Below, piece after piece: positions 1 through 7,764 of a stretch of 32,000 bases of DNA. The notes beneath the pieces were generated by a model. That model did no database searches, had not been told where the DNA came from, and saw only the letters and a list, made by a program, of their open reading frames with translations. The position numbers and the translations under genes are program-made. Origin of the DNA: Candidatus Lokiarchaeum ossiferum (lineage in GTDB: Archaea > Asgardarchaeota > Lokiarchaeia > Sigyniarchaeales > Promethearchaeaceae); assembly GCA_025839675.1 (NCBI GenBank), contig CP104013.1:6003314-6035313 (forward strand), given 5' to 3'. Position 1 is the first letter of the stretch. Every line of letters begins with the position of its first letter.

Positions 1-88
1 AACATAATGTAACTAAAATTCGAAAATCCTTCAAATAAATTTTCAGAGTCATTCTAACTACTTCTATATATTGTTGAGAACGCTTCAT
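1..88 (-). CDS. 5' end (first 29 codons) of a CDS running off the window; probable ABC-2-type permease partner of the adjacent ATPase
   Basis: ATG at 88..86 lies 1 nt downstream of the TGA (92..90) of the ABC ATPase gene on the same strand. Hand translation MKRSQQYIEVVRMTLKIYLKDFRILVTLC stays open to the window edge. Function is inferred only from the usual ATPase-permease gene order. Confidence 0.4.
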   Translation of the reverse strand, partial: MKRSQQYIEVVRMTLKIYLKDFRILVTLC

Positions 89-89
89 T

Positions 90-1028
90 TCAAATTCCAC
101 CATTAATAATATCCCGATATATTTTCCCTAATGTGCCTAATTGAGGACGAAGATCAAAACAATAATTCCTTTCCAGCATTAATTTATTGATTACCTCTGG
201 TTGATCTGTTTTAAAAGTGATTATTCCATCTGCTTCCAAATTTAGATTTGATATTAAATTAGTTTGATTTTTCAAGAAAGATTTCATTTCATCTATAGAT
301 TGAGATTTGTGGGAGAATTCCAATGAAAAATTTTGATGTTTCATATTACCTGCAATGGAATTAAGTTTTCCATTCAAAACAACTTGCCCACTTTTAAAAA
401 TCGCAATATCAGATGCTAATTGCTCTGCCTCATAGGTTTCATGGGTTGTAAAGATTATTATTGAATCCTTCTTATATCGTTTCTTAATTAAATGAATTAT
501 ATCATCCCGTCCTATCGGATCTAAATTTTGAAATGGTTCATCTAAGATAATTAAATCTGGATTTCCTATAAAAGCACGAGCCAAAGCCAATCTTTGTTTC
601 ATTCCATGAGAATATGTCCGTGTTTTTTTTTCCCAGAATGAATCAGGAATATTAACCCATTTAAGCAACTCTATTGATTTTTCCTTAATAATACTTTTCT
701 TATTAAAACCTTTTAATCTAAAGAACAGTCTTAAATTTTCCTCTCCTGATAAATTTGGATAAAAATCACCGTTCTCAGGAAGAAAACCAATCCTATGGAA
801 AATTTTAGAACCTTTAGTAAATGGATCCAAGATTTCATTTTGATAATAAACTGATCCACAATTTTTTTTTATTAAACCTAAAATCATCAATAAAGTTGTT
901 GACTTCCCTGCACCATTTGGACCCAAAAATGCATGAATTCCTGGATTAATTTCAATTGAGAGATCTTGAACTGCAAGAAATGACCCATATTTTTTTGTTA
1001 AGGAATTTAATTTTAATGTCTTATCCAT
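90..1028 (-). CDS. ABC transporter ATP-binding protein
   Basis: 312-aa ORF with Walker A GPNGAGKST, signature-like YSHGMKQRLALARA, Walker B LIILDEP and H-loop TTHE. There is an extra ~90-aa C-terminal domain. Confidence 0.9.
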   Translation of the reverse strand: MDKTLKLNSLTKKYGSFLAVQDLSIEINPGIHAFLGPNGAGKSTTLLMILGLIKKNCGSVYYQNEILDPFTKGSKIFHRIGFLPENGDFYPNLSGEENLRLFFRLKGFNKKSIIKEKSIELLKWVNIPDSFWEKKTRTYSHGMKQRLALARAFIGNPDLIILDEPFQNLDPIGRDDIIHLIKKRYKKDSIIIFTTHETYEAEQLASDIAIFKSGQVVLNGKLNSIAGNMKHQNFSLEFSHKSQSIDEMKSFLKNQTNLISNLNLEADGIITFKTDQPEVINKLMLERNYCFDLRPQLGTLGKIYRDIINGGI

Positions 1029-1369
1029 GATTTTGAACTCGAAAGTTTAAAATTGGGAATAATATTAAATGTTTTTTATTTCAGTCTAAGAAGAGATAAA
1101 ACACTGAAATTTACTCTTTTGGAATAATGGAATAAAAAATAAATCTTTTTTCCAGTAATGTCTTCAAAAATTATATGGAATCATTTTTAACCACCGATAT
1201 TGTATATAAATACGCCTACTACGGCAAAAGGTAAAATGAAGCATTATATTATGTTCTTATAATCTATCTTTTTTTTTCTACTTCTTGGAAATAATTTAAC
1301 AGCAATTTTTAATGCAATAAAGTAAAAAAGCTCAAATTTTGAACAAAACTCGGAAAATGCAATTACAAA

Positions 1370-1681
1370 TCATTGAAATCCCTTAAATTGCTGCTCATCG
1401 CTGTCAAGATCGCTTTCCAGATCGGGATTATTAATTTTGTCAAATTCAAGACTATTCCACATATAGTATTTCTTTAAAAGCGAAATAAACGTTTCTCCCC
1501 ACATACTTACCTTTTGAATCGCACGTAACAATCGGGCTTCCGAAAATTCGGAAAAGTAGAGACGAGTCCATCCAAAGGTAATATATGGCCGTGTTTCAAA
1601 AGGGAGCTCTGGATAAATGGAACCCAAGAAAGATATTTTATGCAGTTCCAGCAAAAATAGTTGGGATTGTTCAGTTGTCAC
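1370..1681 (-). CDS. hypothetical protein with acidic C-terminal tail
   Basis: 103-aa ORF with a GTG start and the tail DLESDLDSDEQQ. No recognisable motif. The upstream region is noncoding-looking and carries repeat element copy A. Confidence 0.4.
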   Translation of the reverse strand: MTTEQSQLFLLELHKISFLGSIYPELPFETRPYITFGWTRLYFSEFSEARLLRAIQKVSMWGETFISLLKKYYMWNSLEFDKINNPDLESDLDSDEQQFKGFQ

Positions 1682-1793
1682 ATCGAAAATGAAATCCCGT
1701 AAGGTTTGAGGAAGACTAAAACTACTTGTGAGATAGATATGATCCTATTTTTTTTTTAATTTGGAGCAAAACATCCATACCGCTTTCAGAACT

Positions 1794-1825
1794 ATGGCTC
1801 TCGGGGGGAGTTGTATCAGATAGTG
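1794..1825 (+). repeat. copy A (core only) of a 3-copy GC-rich intergenic element
   Basis: atggctctcggggggagttgtatcagata matches copy C at 24 of 28 core positions by hand alignment. It contains the GCUCU-N5-GGAGU hairpin core. Confidence 0.45.
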
Positions 1826-1927
1826 ACCCATTCTGAATTATAGAAAAGTTCGTTGCAGTTCTTTGGTATTTTGCAGTTCGAAGATATTACCTCATTCCTT
1901 TTTAAGCCAGAGTGAGAATTCAAGGAC

Positions 1928-2383
1928 ATGCTTATTGATAGATCCATGTATCAATTTTTCTATTCCCATTTGGTGGAAACACCTTCAATCTCTTGGAAAC
2001 CTAAAAGGAGAAATCTCCTACACTATCTGTTAATTGGAGGTATAATTTATGGAAGCATCATGATCCCAACGTATGTGGGGGATTTTCGCTTAGCAGAAAT
2101 TACTTCGGTTAATGTAACCCAACCCATTGTGGTAGGGCAAATCGGGCAGGTTGAAGTGAGTGGAATTTTTCGAAGTATCGGATCTCCGGTTCATCAACGG
2201 TGCATTATAAATCCGATAACCAAGCAAATCCAGTTGTTCATATGGCAAAGTCATGATGCTCCATATCAAGCGATGTGCTATTTTTCGGTGAATTTCACCG
2301 TATCGGTCCATTTGTCGGGGACCTGGGAAGTAAACTGTCACTCCGTCATATTTTACATCAAAGTTCCAACTGCATCCGAATAG
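1928..2383 (+). CDS. membrane-anchored beta-rich hypothetical protein (paralog of 4808..5251 product)
   Basis: 151-aa ORF with one hydrophobic helix (LLHYLLIGGIIYGSIMIP). The C-terminal stretch NFTVSVHLSGTWEVNCHSVIFYI resembles NITLSFACPGNWTLRINEYTSTI in the 4808..5251 product. This favours the + strand over antisense ORF 2090..2341. Confidence 0.45.
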   Translation: MLIDRSMYQFFYSHLVETPSISWKPKRRNLLHYLLIGGIIYGSIMIPTYVGDFRLAEITSVNVTQPIVVGQIGQVEVSGIFRSIGSPVHQRCIINPITKQIQLFIWQSHDAPYQAMCYFSVNFTVSVHLSGTWEVNCHSVIFYIKVPTASE

Positions 2384-2445
2384 AGAGTTCTAGGGATGAA
2401 ATTTCTACGAGTTACAGGAGTTTTTGATATTATAATAACTATATA

Positions 2446-2492
2446 AGTGTGTGGTGATGGGTGGCTCCCTGGAGGAGTGATATCAGATTGCG
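2446..2492 (+). repeat. copy B of the 3-copy GC-rich intergenic element
   Basis: aagtgtgtggtgatgggtggctccctggaggagtgatatcagattgc matches copy C (18361..18407) at 38 of 47 positions by hand alignment, in the same orientation. Confidence 0.5.
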
Positions 2493-2581
2493 CCCCATAC
2501 CGAATAAAAGGAGGGTTTAAATCTCCTGATTTTATCAATATTCTAATTAATATAGCTAGCAGTATATCCCTTAACCTTCAC

Positions 2582-2806
2582 TTAGAAAACCACTAAGTTA
2601 CTCCGGATATTTATCACATTAAAAACAGCCATTGCCAATCCAAACCTTGGAGCAGCAGTTGCTATCAATGCACCCCATAGAAATAGGTGCCAATCTCCGA
2701 GGTTTATTATGCTCATCAAAATAATTAAAAATGTAATTTGATTAATCAAACCAATGAGAATTCTCACCATATGCGGTTCAATACGCCCAAATGGCTTGAC
2801 GAACAC
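2582..2806 (-). CDS. possible small two-helix membrane protein (doubtful)
   Basis: 74-aa ORF with two hydrophobic segments. Its 5' end overlaps the 5' end of 2754..3362 on the opposite strand by 53 nt. If real, it probably starts at an internal Met (MVRIL.. or MSIINL..). Confidence 0.25.
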   Translation of the reverse strand: MFVKPFGRIEPHMVRILIGLINQITFLIILMSIINLGDWHLFLWGALIATAAPRFGLAMAVFNVINIRSNLVVF

Positions 2807-3362
2807 ATTGCTTGAAGAAACTGTCGATGAGCTAAAAAAAATCGTTCCAAAGTCGGAAGTAGAACGAATTCAAATCTCAGATGTGAAAATTAATGTATGC
2901 AAAGTGAGTTGTAATTCAGTATGCTCAAATAATCCCTATCAATGTGTTCAGCAGGATGATTTTCAACTTATTCTAAACCAAATGAAACATGCAGATATGA
3001 TTCTGCTAGGTGCTCCCCAATATTTTCGAGCCCCGCCTGCACAATTTCATGTATTAATCGAACGACTCGTAGCTTCTTTTTTCAACTATGAATGCAGCAA
3101 TCCAAAAGGAGAAAGTTCTCCGGTCCATGGAAAACTATGTGGAATAATCGCCACTGCAGAATATTCAAACCCCTATGTAATAATGGAATATTTAGCAGAT
3201 TTCTGTCGCATTCTCAAAATGCGGAATGTCGTATTGGATAATTTTCCCTATCTCGGAGTAGCAGGGCAACGAAGTATTGAGGGGACAGAGATCTTTCATC
3301 CCCATCAACGGTGCAAAGAATTGGCCCAAAAATTGGTCAATTTGTCAAAAGTACTACAATAA
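2754..3362 (+). CDS. flavodoxin-like-fold NAD(P)H-dependent FMN reductase / iron-sulfur flavoprotein-like
   Basis: 202 aa. The N-terminus MRILTICGSIRPNGLTNTLL is typical of this fold family. It has a compact Cys cluster CKVSCNSVCSNNPYQC (C-x3-C-x3-C-x6-C) and the LLGAPQYF motif. Confidence 0.8.
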   Translation: MRILTICGSIRPNGLTNTLLEETVDELKKIVPKSEVERIQISDVKINVCKVSCNSVCSNNPYQCVQQDDFQLILNQMKHADMILLGAPQYFRAPPAQFHVLIERLVASFFNYECSNPKGESSPVHGKLCGIIATAEYSNPYVIMEYLADFCRILKMRNVVLDNFPYLGVAGQRSIEGTEIFHPHQRCKELAQKLVNLSKVLQ

Positions 3363-3366
3363 TTCA

Positions 3367-3395
3367 TTTTTTTAGCATAATCACAAAAAATTTTT
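3367..3395. terminator. T/A-run region between convergent genes (possible bidirectional archaeal terminator)
   Basis: T7 run at 3367..3373 just after the stop of 2754..3362, and aaaaaattttt at 3385..3395 just after the stop (3441) of the convergent gene. Confidence 0.3.
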
Positions 3396-3440
3396 GACTT
3401 CATATTATTTCGCTCATCCAATCCAACCTTCATTTGGAGA

Positions 3441-4499
3441 TCAACATAAATTTTGAAATGGGAAATTCTCAATAATCTCATCAATTTGAGAGAGGGTAAC
3501 AACATTCTCTATATGATTTCGAATATGAAACAGATTACTCTTCAAGTTTCCCGCAGTATTGCACTCATTTATTGCTTTCAACGCATCAAAGAAAGAAATA
3601 TCAATAAATTTTCCTACGTTAGGTTCCAGCTGCATAATGTTTTTTTCTAAGAGAAGTTTGGCAATTTTTTGATTGTAAATTTGGGGATCTTGGCAATTGA
3701 CTAAAATAAGTGTCAGATTCTCCATTAATTGCAAATATTGATCCAATTCTTGCATTTTTCGATCTGAGAGGGATTGATTTGTTCTATTCAGTAATCTAAT
3801 ATATTTATTCAAAACGCTGGTAATATAACTCGCACTCCATCCCATTCTTAAATAATTAGATCGAATCGTTTTAATGGTTTGGAACCATTTTTCTTCACTT
3901 TGAATATCTTTTAAGTGAGAAAGTAGCAGGCGATTTTGTTTGAAAATATGATGGATTTCATTTTCAATATACACCTTATCTGCATGGAAAATACCCTTCA
4001 TTCCCACAATGAGCATCGCTTGACCGCTGGGAACGACTTTTGCAATCATTTTCATTCTCAGTGTTTGGGGTGCCGCTCTAAAGCCGAGTAATTGATGACA
4101 CTTGAAACACTGACCGATATTTCCTAGGAATTCAAAATTGTCTTCCCCACAGGTGTGTATCACAGGGACGACATTATTATACAGACGTTTCATCCCGCAT
4201 TCAACGCATTCATGGGCATCACAATTGACGCACTTAAAAAATTGATTCTCGCTTATCATTTTCCCACATATCGGACATTTTTCTTTCTTATACCTTGGCG
4301 AGTTATTGAATTGATCTAAAACGTTTAACCTACTCTCATCAAATATCCCAATATCAATTTTGCCGGATTTTGGATTTTGTATTGAAAAGACTGGATCGTA
4401 ACCCTTTTTTCGTAGCTTTTCTATTACTTTTGGCACTTTTTTCGGAGAATTGACTGTGTGTAAAACTTTCAAGAACGGTCCTGGATCTAAATTCATCAT
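3441..4499 (-). CDS. ZZ-like zinc-finger protein with helical C-terminal domain
   Basis: 352-aa ORF with CPICGKMISENQFFKCVNCDAHECVECG...H.C...CFKCH, giving C-x2-C-x11-C-x2-C-x4-C-x2-C followed by His/Cys ligands. The remaining ~200 aa look helical with no known motif. Confidence 0.75.
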   Translation of the reverse strand: MMNLDPGPFLKVLHTVNSPKKVPKVIEKLRKKGYDPVFSIQNPKSGKIDIGIFDESRLNVLDQFNNSPRYKKEKCPICGKMISENQFFKCVNCDAHECVECGMKRLYNNVVPVIHTCGEDNFEFLGNIGQCFKCHQLLGFRAAPQTLRMKMIAKVVPSGQAMLIVGMKGIFHADKVYIENEIHHIFKQNRLLLSHLKDIQSEEKWFQTIKTIRSNYLRMGWSASYITSVLNKYIRLLNRTNQSLSDRKMQELDQYLQLMENLTLILVNCQDPQIYNQKIAKLLLEKNIMQLEPNVGKFIDISFFDALKAINECNTAGNLKSNLFHIRNHIENVVTLSQIDEIIENFPFQNLC

Positions 4500-4807
4500 T
4501 TTTTTTTGCCTACAGTTTGTGCTTTAGTTAGTAATTATTCTTTTGACATTTGAGTAAATAAAGATTTCAATCAATGATTCCCATCCCGAATAATGAAAAA
4601 ATACTAAAAAAAGAAGTAGATAAAAATGAAACGAAAAAAATTTTGATCATTTTGAGTGATTCAAAATAAATCGGCCATTTATGATGTAATCCTCAGATCT
4701 TTTCAAACCTTGCATGCATGAGAAGGCATTTTTCTTCCAAGATCAAGGGTTACTTGAAAAAAATGTTCCCAAACAGGGAGAATAAGTTGCCTAAATTTTT
4801 ATAGAGG

Positions 4808-5251
4808 GTGGGTTTACATTATAGTAGTATGGGGGAAAAGACAAAAATCCAGATCAAGAAAAAAGCCTTGGGGATCTTGGTAGGACTTGTAATCATAGGA
4901 GGAGTTGCTGTCTCGAGGTGGGGACGGTCCTATTTGGAGCATATTCCTTATAGCCGTCATTCATTCACGGTAACCGAACTGATTCATCCCCCTAATGCTT
5001 CCGAAGATGAAACAATTACGGTAGAAATTCACGCCTTTAGTAGGTCAGGGTTCTCAGAAGACGATTTATATCTCTCCAAATCGGTTCTGGGGAAAAGAGT
5101 TTCGGGGGGGTTTTACTATTATTTGGATCCAAAAGGGGGGTATATTCAAGCCTTAGTGCCGGTGGTTCGGAATATCACCTTGAGTTTTGCATGTCCTGGA
5201 AATTGGACCCTTAGGATAAATGAGTATACCTCTACCATTCTTATCACATGA
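4808..5251 (+). CDS. membrane-anchored beta-rich hypothetical protein
   Basis: 147-aa ORF with a GTG at 4808 (alternative in-frame ATG at 4829). Basic N-terminus, then a TM helix ALGILVGLVIIGGVAV, then a beta-rich ectodomain. It shares a C-terminal motif with the 1928..2383 product. Confidence 0.6.
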   Translation: MGLHYSSMGEKTKIQIKKKALGILVGLVIIGGVAVSRWGRSYLEHIPYSRHSFTVTELIHPPNASEDETITVEIHAFSRSGFSEDDLYLSKSVLGKRVSGGFYYYLDPKGGYIQALVPVVRNITLSFACPGNWTLRINEYTSTILIT

Positions 5252-5401
5252 AATACGCTGCAGTATAGCGTAATGAGATTATTGAAGAGTTTGCAGGATC
5301 AGACCGCTTTGTAATTTCTCTGTCTCAAACTTCAAAATATCAAAAAAGAAAAACTATATTATATCGGATAGCAGAATAAATTTGGGTAAGAGATAAAAAT
5401 A

Positions 5402-6868
5402 ATGGTCGAACAATTTTCACGTTACATTAAACTTGAGAGCCCCTCATGTTTCCTCATATATTCATCAAAAAGTTCAACGAACTCCATAGTACAGGTGGTA
5501 TCAGCAATCGGAACCCTCTTGAAGGAGCTAAAAGTGAAACCATTTGTGATTCATGACAAATATTGGGATAGACCCCATGGAATTTTACAAATTGGAACAA
5601 TTATTGACCAATGTTCCTTTGGTATCATAATATTGGATGGATTTACTCGAAGATTGGCGATTGAAGTCATGAATCTCTCTCACGTGTATAAAAAACATTT
5701 TGACATTCCGTTTATCTTTTTACAAAGTAAGAGTGACTACACCGATTTTAAAACCCAGAAGAAAAATTTTGCTCTGTTTTCGAGTTCACTTTGGAATTTT
5801 TCGGACCAATATCGGATCGGGACGCAAATCGATGTGAGTAAATGCTTCACGGATTTTTGTGAAAGTAATGTTTTGTTTTTTTTTGATAGAAATGATAAAA
5901 ATGACCTGAAATTAATACAATCAGAAATCGCGAAAAAAATTGAAAAGAAGTTCCACATAAACCTCCAAAACTTAAATTGTTTGAAAGAATATCGTCCTGA
6001 AGCAGAAAGAATCGAAGAAGACATCTTAATTGATCGCAAGACCTTACTCAAATATCATAATACCCTCCTGCTTAGACAGGATGCAGAAGTATTACTGGAA
6101 TTGGAATCATTCCTCAACGAGCCCATTATTAGAAGATCCAATATTATAAAAGAAAAAACAAGAAAAAAAATAATAACCTTCTGTCAATTGGGATATTGGG
6201 AAAAGGATAGAAGAATAACTAAACTGGTTATCTCCAACAAAAATATGTCCCACCTCCCTGAAAATTTTGGAAATCTTACCAAACTCACCTATCTGAATTT
6301 GGAGAAGAACAACTTATCTACCCTTCCTGCAAGTATCTGCGATCTAACAGATCTCACAGGATTACATTTACGAAAGAATCAATTGACGAACCTTCCTGAG
6401 GCAATTGGAAAATTAGGTCACCTCTCTGAACTTTTATTGGATGGAAATCAGCTCCTTATTCTCCCCGATAGTATTGGCAAGCTGACCGAACTGAAATTTT
6501 TAAAATTGGAAGAAAATTTTTTGACGACTCTTCCGAGAAGTATTGGAATGCTCATAAGACTCACAGATCTGAATCTCGATGGTAATCAATTAGAGGCACT
6601 TCCTGATGAAATTGGTCATTTGGCATCACTTACATATTTGCGTCTAATGAGAAATCGCTTGACAAAGCTTCCTGAGACATTATATAATCTCAGAAGCCTA
6701 AAATTCTTATTCTTGAATAATAATCAGATTTCAACGTTTGCAGAAAGTTTCCAATTTCCTAAATCTCTTTCCTATCTGGATCTTTGCGGAAATCATACAA
6801 ATTTTCCCCCTTTTCTGAAAGCACAATTAGAAGAACAGAAATGTTTGATTTTATTGAAATATAAGTAG
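5402..6868 (+). CDS. TIR-like domain / leucine-rich-repeat protein
   Basis: 488 aa. The N-terminal ~110 aa follow a TIR-like pattern: CFLIYSSKSS.., LKVKPFVIHD, G..IIDQCSFGIIILDG, ..AIEV.., IPFIFLQS. The C-terminal half is nine canonical 23-residue LRRs (LxxLxLxxNxLxxLPxxIGxLxx). Confidence 0.85.
   Translation: MVEQFSRYIKLESPSCFLIYSSKSSTNSIVQVVSAIGTLLKELKVKPFVIHDKYWDRPHGILQIGTIIDQCSFGIIILDGFTRRLAIEVMNLSHVYKKHFDIPFIFLQSKSDYTDFKTQKKNFALFSSSLWNFSDQYRIGTQIDVSKCFTDFCESNVLFFFDRNDKNDLKLIQSEIAKKIEKKFHINLQNLNCLKEYRPEAERIEEDILIDRKTLLKYHNTLLLRQDAEVLLELESFLNEPIIRRSNIIKEKTRKKIITFCQLGYWEKDRRITKLVISNKNMSHLPENFGNLTKLTYLNLEKNNLSTLPASICDLTDLTGLHLRKNQLTNLPEAIGKLGHLSELLLDGNQLLILPDSIGKLTELKFLKLEENFLTTLPRSIGMLIRLTDLNLDGNQLEALPDEIGHLASLTYLRLMRNRLTKLPETLYNLRSLKFLFLNNNQISTFAESFQFPKSLSYLDLCGNHTNFPPFLKAQLEEQKCLILLKYK
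6220..6800 (+). repeat. nine tandem 69-bp LRR-coding units inside 5402..6868
   Basis: The units read ITKLVISNKNMSHLPENFGNLTK / LTYLNLEKNNLSTLPASICDLTD / LTGLHLRKNQLTNLPEAIGKLGH / and so on to LSYLDLCGNH. They are protein-level repeats; the nucleotide sequences have diverged. Confidence 0.85.
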
Positions 6869-6957
6869 TATGGGGACTATTTACAAGTCTATGTGGTATT
6901 ATTGCTCCAAACCCTTGTATTGGATATAAGATTTTAAGGGATGCGATCTAATGTATC

Positions 6958-7512
6958 ATGATGCGATCGAAAAAACTGAGGGTCAAAGAATTTATCCTCC
7001 GCCATTTAGGACTGGTTTTTGCTGGGATCATCATTGTTGGGTTAAGTTTAGTAGTGATTGCATTATTATATGCCATCCCCATACTTTATTATGTGTCGGT
7101 TTGTGGTACGTTGGGTTCGGGGTATGGTTATTCTGTACTTGATAAGCGGGAACGGGATAAAAAGAAATTGGTGGATTTCAAGCAAATTCTCCAATCAATG
7201 GGTCGGATCGAAATCACGGAAATGGCGAAACTGTTGCAGGTAGCGGAATCTTATCTACAAGAAAAATTATTGCTGTGGATGAAAGAAATACCGTTCCTTA
7301 TTGAATCTTCGAATCCAAAGAGGGCGATCCATGGGGTATTCTTCTTAGAAAGTTTTTTTGCTTTGTACGAAATGTGGAAACAGTTGCCATTAAAAGAGCA
7401 AAAGCCACCTATGGTGTATCGGGAGATTCTGATTGATCAAATTAAACAATTGATTGGAACGGATTTGGATTCTTTTGGTGCCAAAATGAATCTATACCTT
7501 GATTCTATCTAG
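6958..7512 (+). CDS. membrane protein with possible cytoplasmic wHTH-like segment
   Basis: 184 aa with two N-terminal hydrophobic helices (LGLVFAGIIIVGLSLVVIALLYAIPILYYVSV), then MGRIEITEMAKLLQVAESYLQEKL, which resembles an HTH. No firm family assignment. Confidence 0.6.
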   Translation: MMRSKKLRVKEFILRHLGLVFAGIIIVGLSLVVIALLYAIPILYYVSVCGTLGSGYGYSVLDKRERDKKKLVDFKQILQSMGRIEITEMAKLLQVAESYLQEKLLLWMKEIPFLIESSNPKRAIHGVFFLESFFALYEMWKQLPLKEQKPPMVYREILIDQIKQLIGTDLDSFGAKMNLYLDSI

Positions 7513-7764
7513 ACTCCTTTAGATGTTTTTGAAAATGTAATAATTATTACTTTTAACTTGATTTAATTGCCACTTTCCCTAAAATAAATCCATTTTACAT
7601 TAATTGGGAATCTGCACTACAAAATACTTTGCTGAAATAGTTTTTTATGAAAAATTAAAGTTCTTAAAATTCTTGATCGTAGCCTTTAACATGTTTAAAT
7701 TCATTTTCTGAAGAAAATATTACAAAAAAGAAAGGCAATTTAATATTCATCAAAAATGTGCAAA

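Noticed and set aside
623-870. T9 homopolymers (623..631 and 862..870) inside the ABC ATPase gene, considered as possible frameshift or phase-variation sites.
   Set aside because: The reading frame is intact through both. They encode Lys-rich EKKT and IKKN, and such runs are expected in an AT-rich genome.
2090-2538. Minus-strand ORFs 2090..2341 (83 aa) and 2353..2538 (61 aa).
   Set aside because: The first is antisense to the 1928..2383 ORF, which has a recognisable paralog. The second consists mostly of repeat-element copy B, and its frame is not conserved in copies A and C. Both look like shadow ORFs of a locally GC-richer segment.
2446-2540. Reading copy B as an archaeal C/D-box sRNA (GUGAUGG ... 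UGAUAU ... CUGA at about 2533), or as a group II intron 5' end (GUGUG).
   Set aside because: The putative C' box and terminal CUGA are not conserved in copies A and C. The spacing is longer than typical 50-60-nt archaeal sRNAs. No intron domain V or RT ORF is visible. I kept only the weaker K-turn-like or hairpin observation.
3305-3650. ORFs 3305..3505 (-) and 3453..3650 (+).
   Set aside because: They overlap the 3' ends of two convergent, well-supported CDSs and the AT-rich terminator spacer. No motifs.
5737-7243. ORFs 5737..6051 (-), 6951..7142 (+) and 7058..7243 (+).
   Set aside because: They are antisense to or out of frame with the TIR-like/LRR gene and the 6958..7512 gene, which have better protein-like features.
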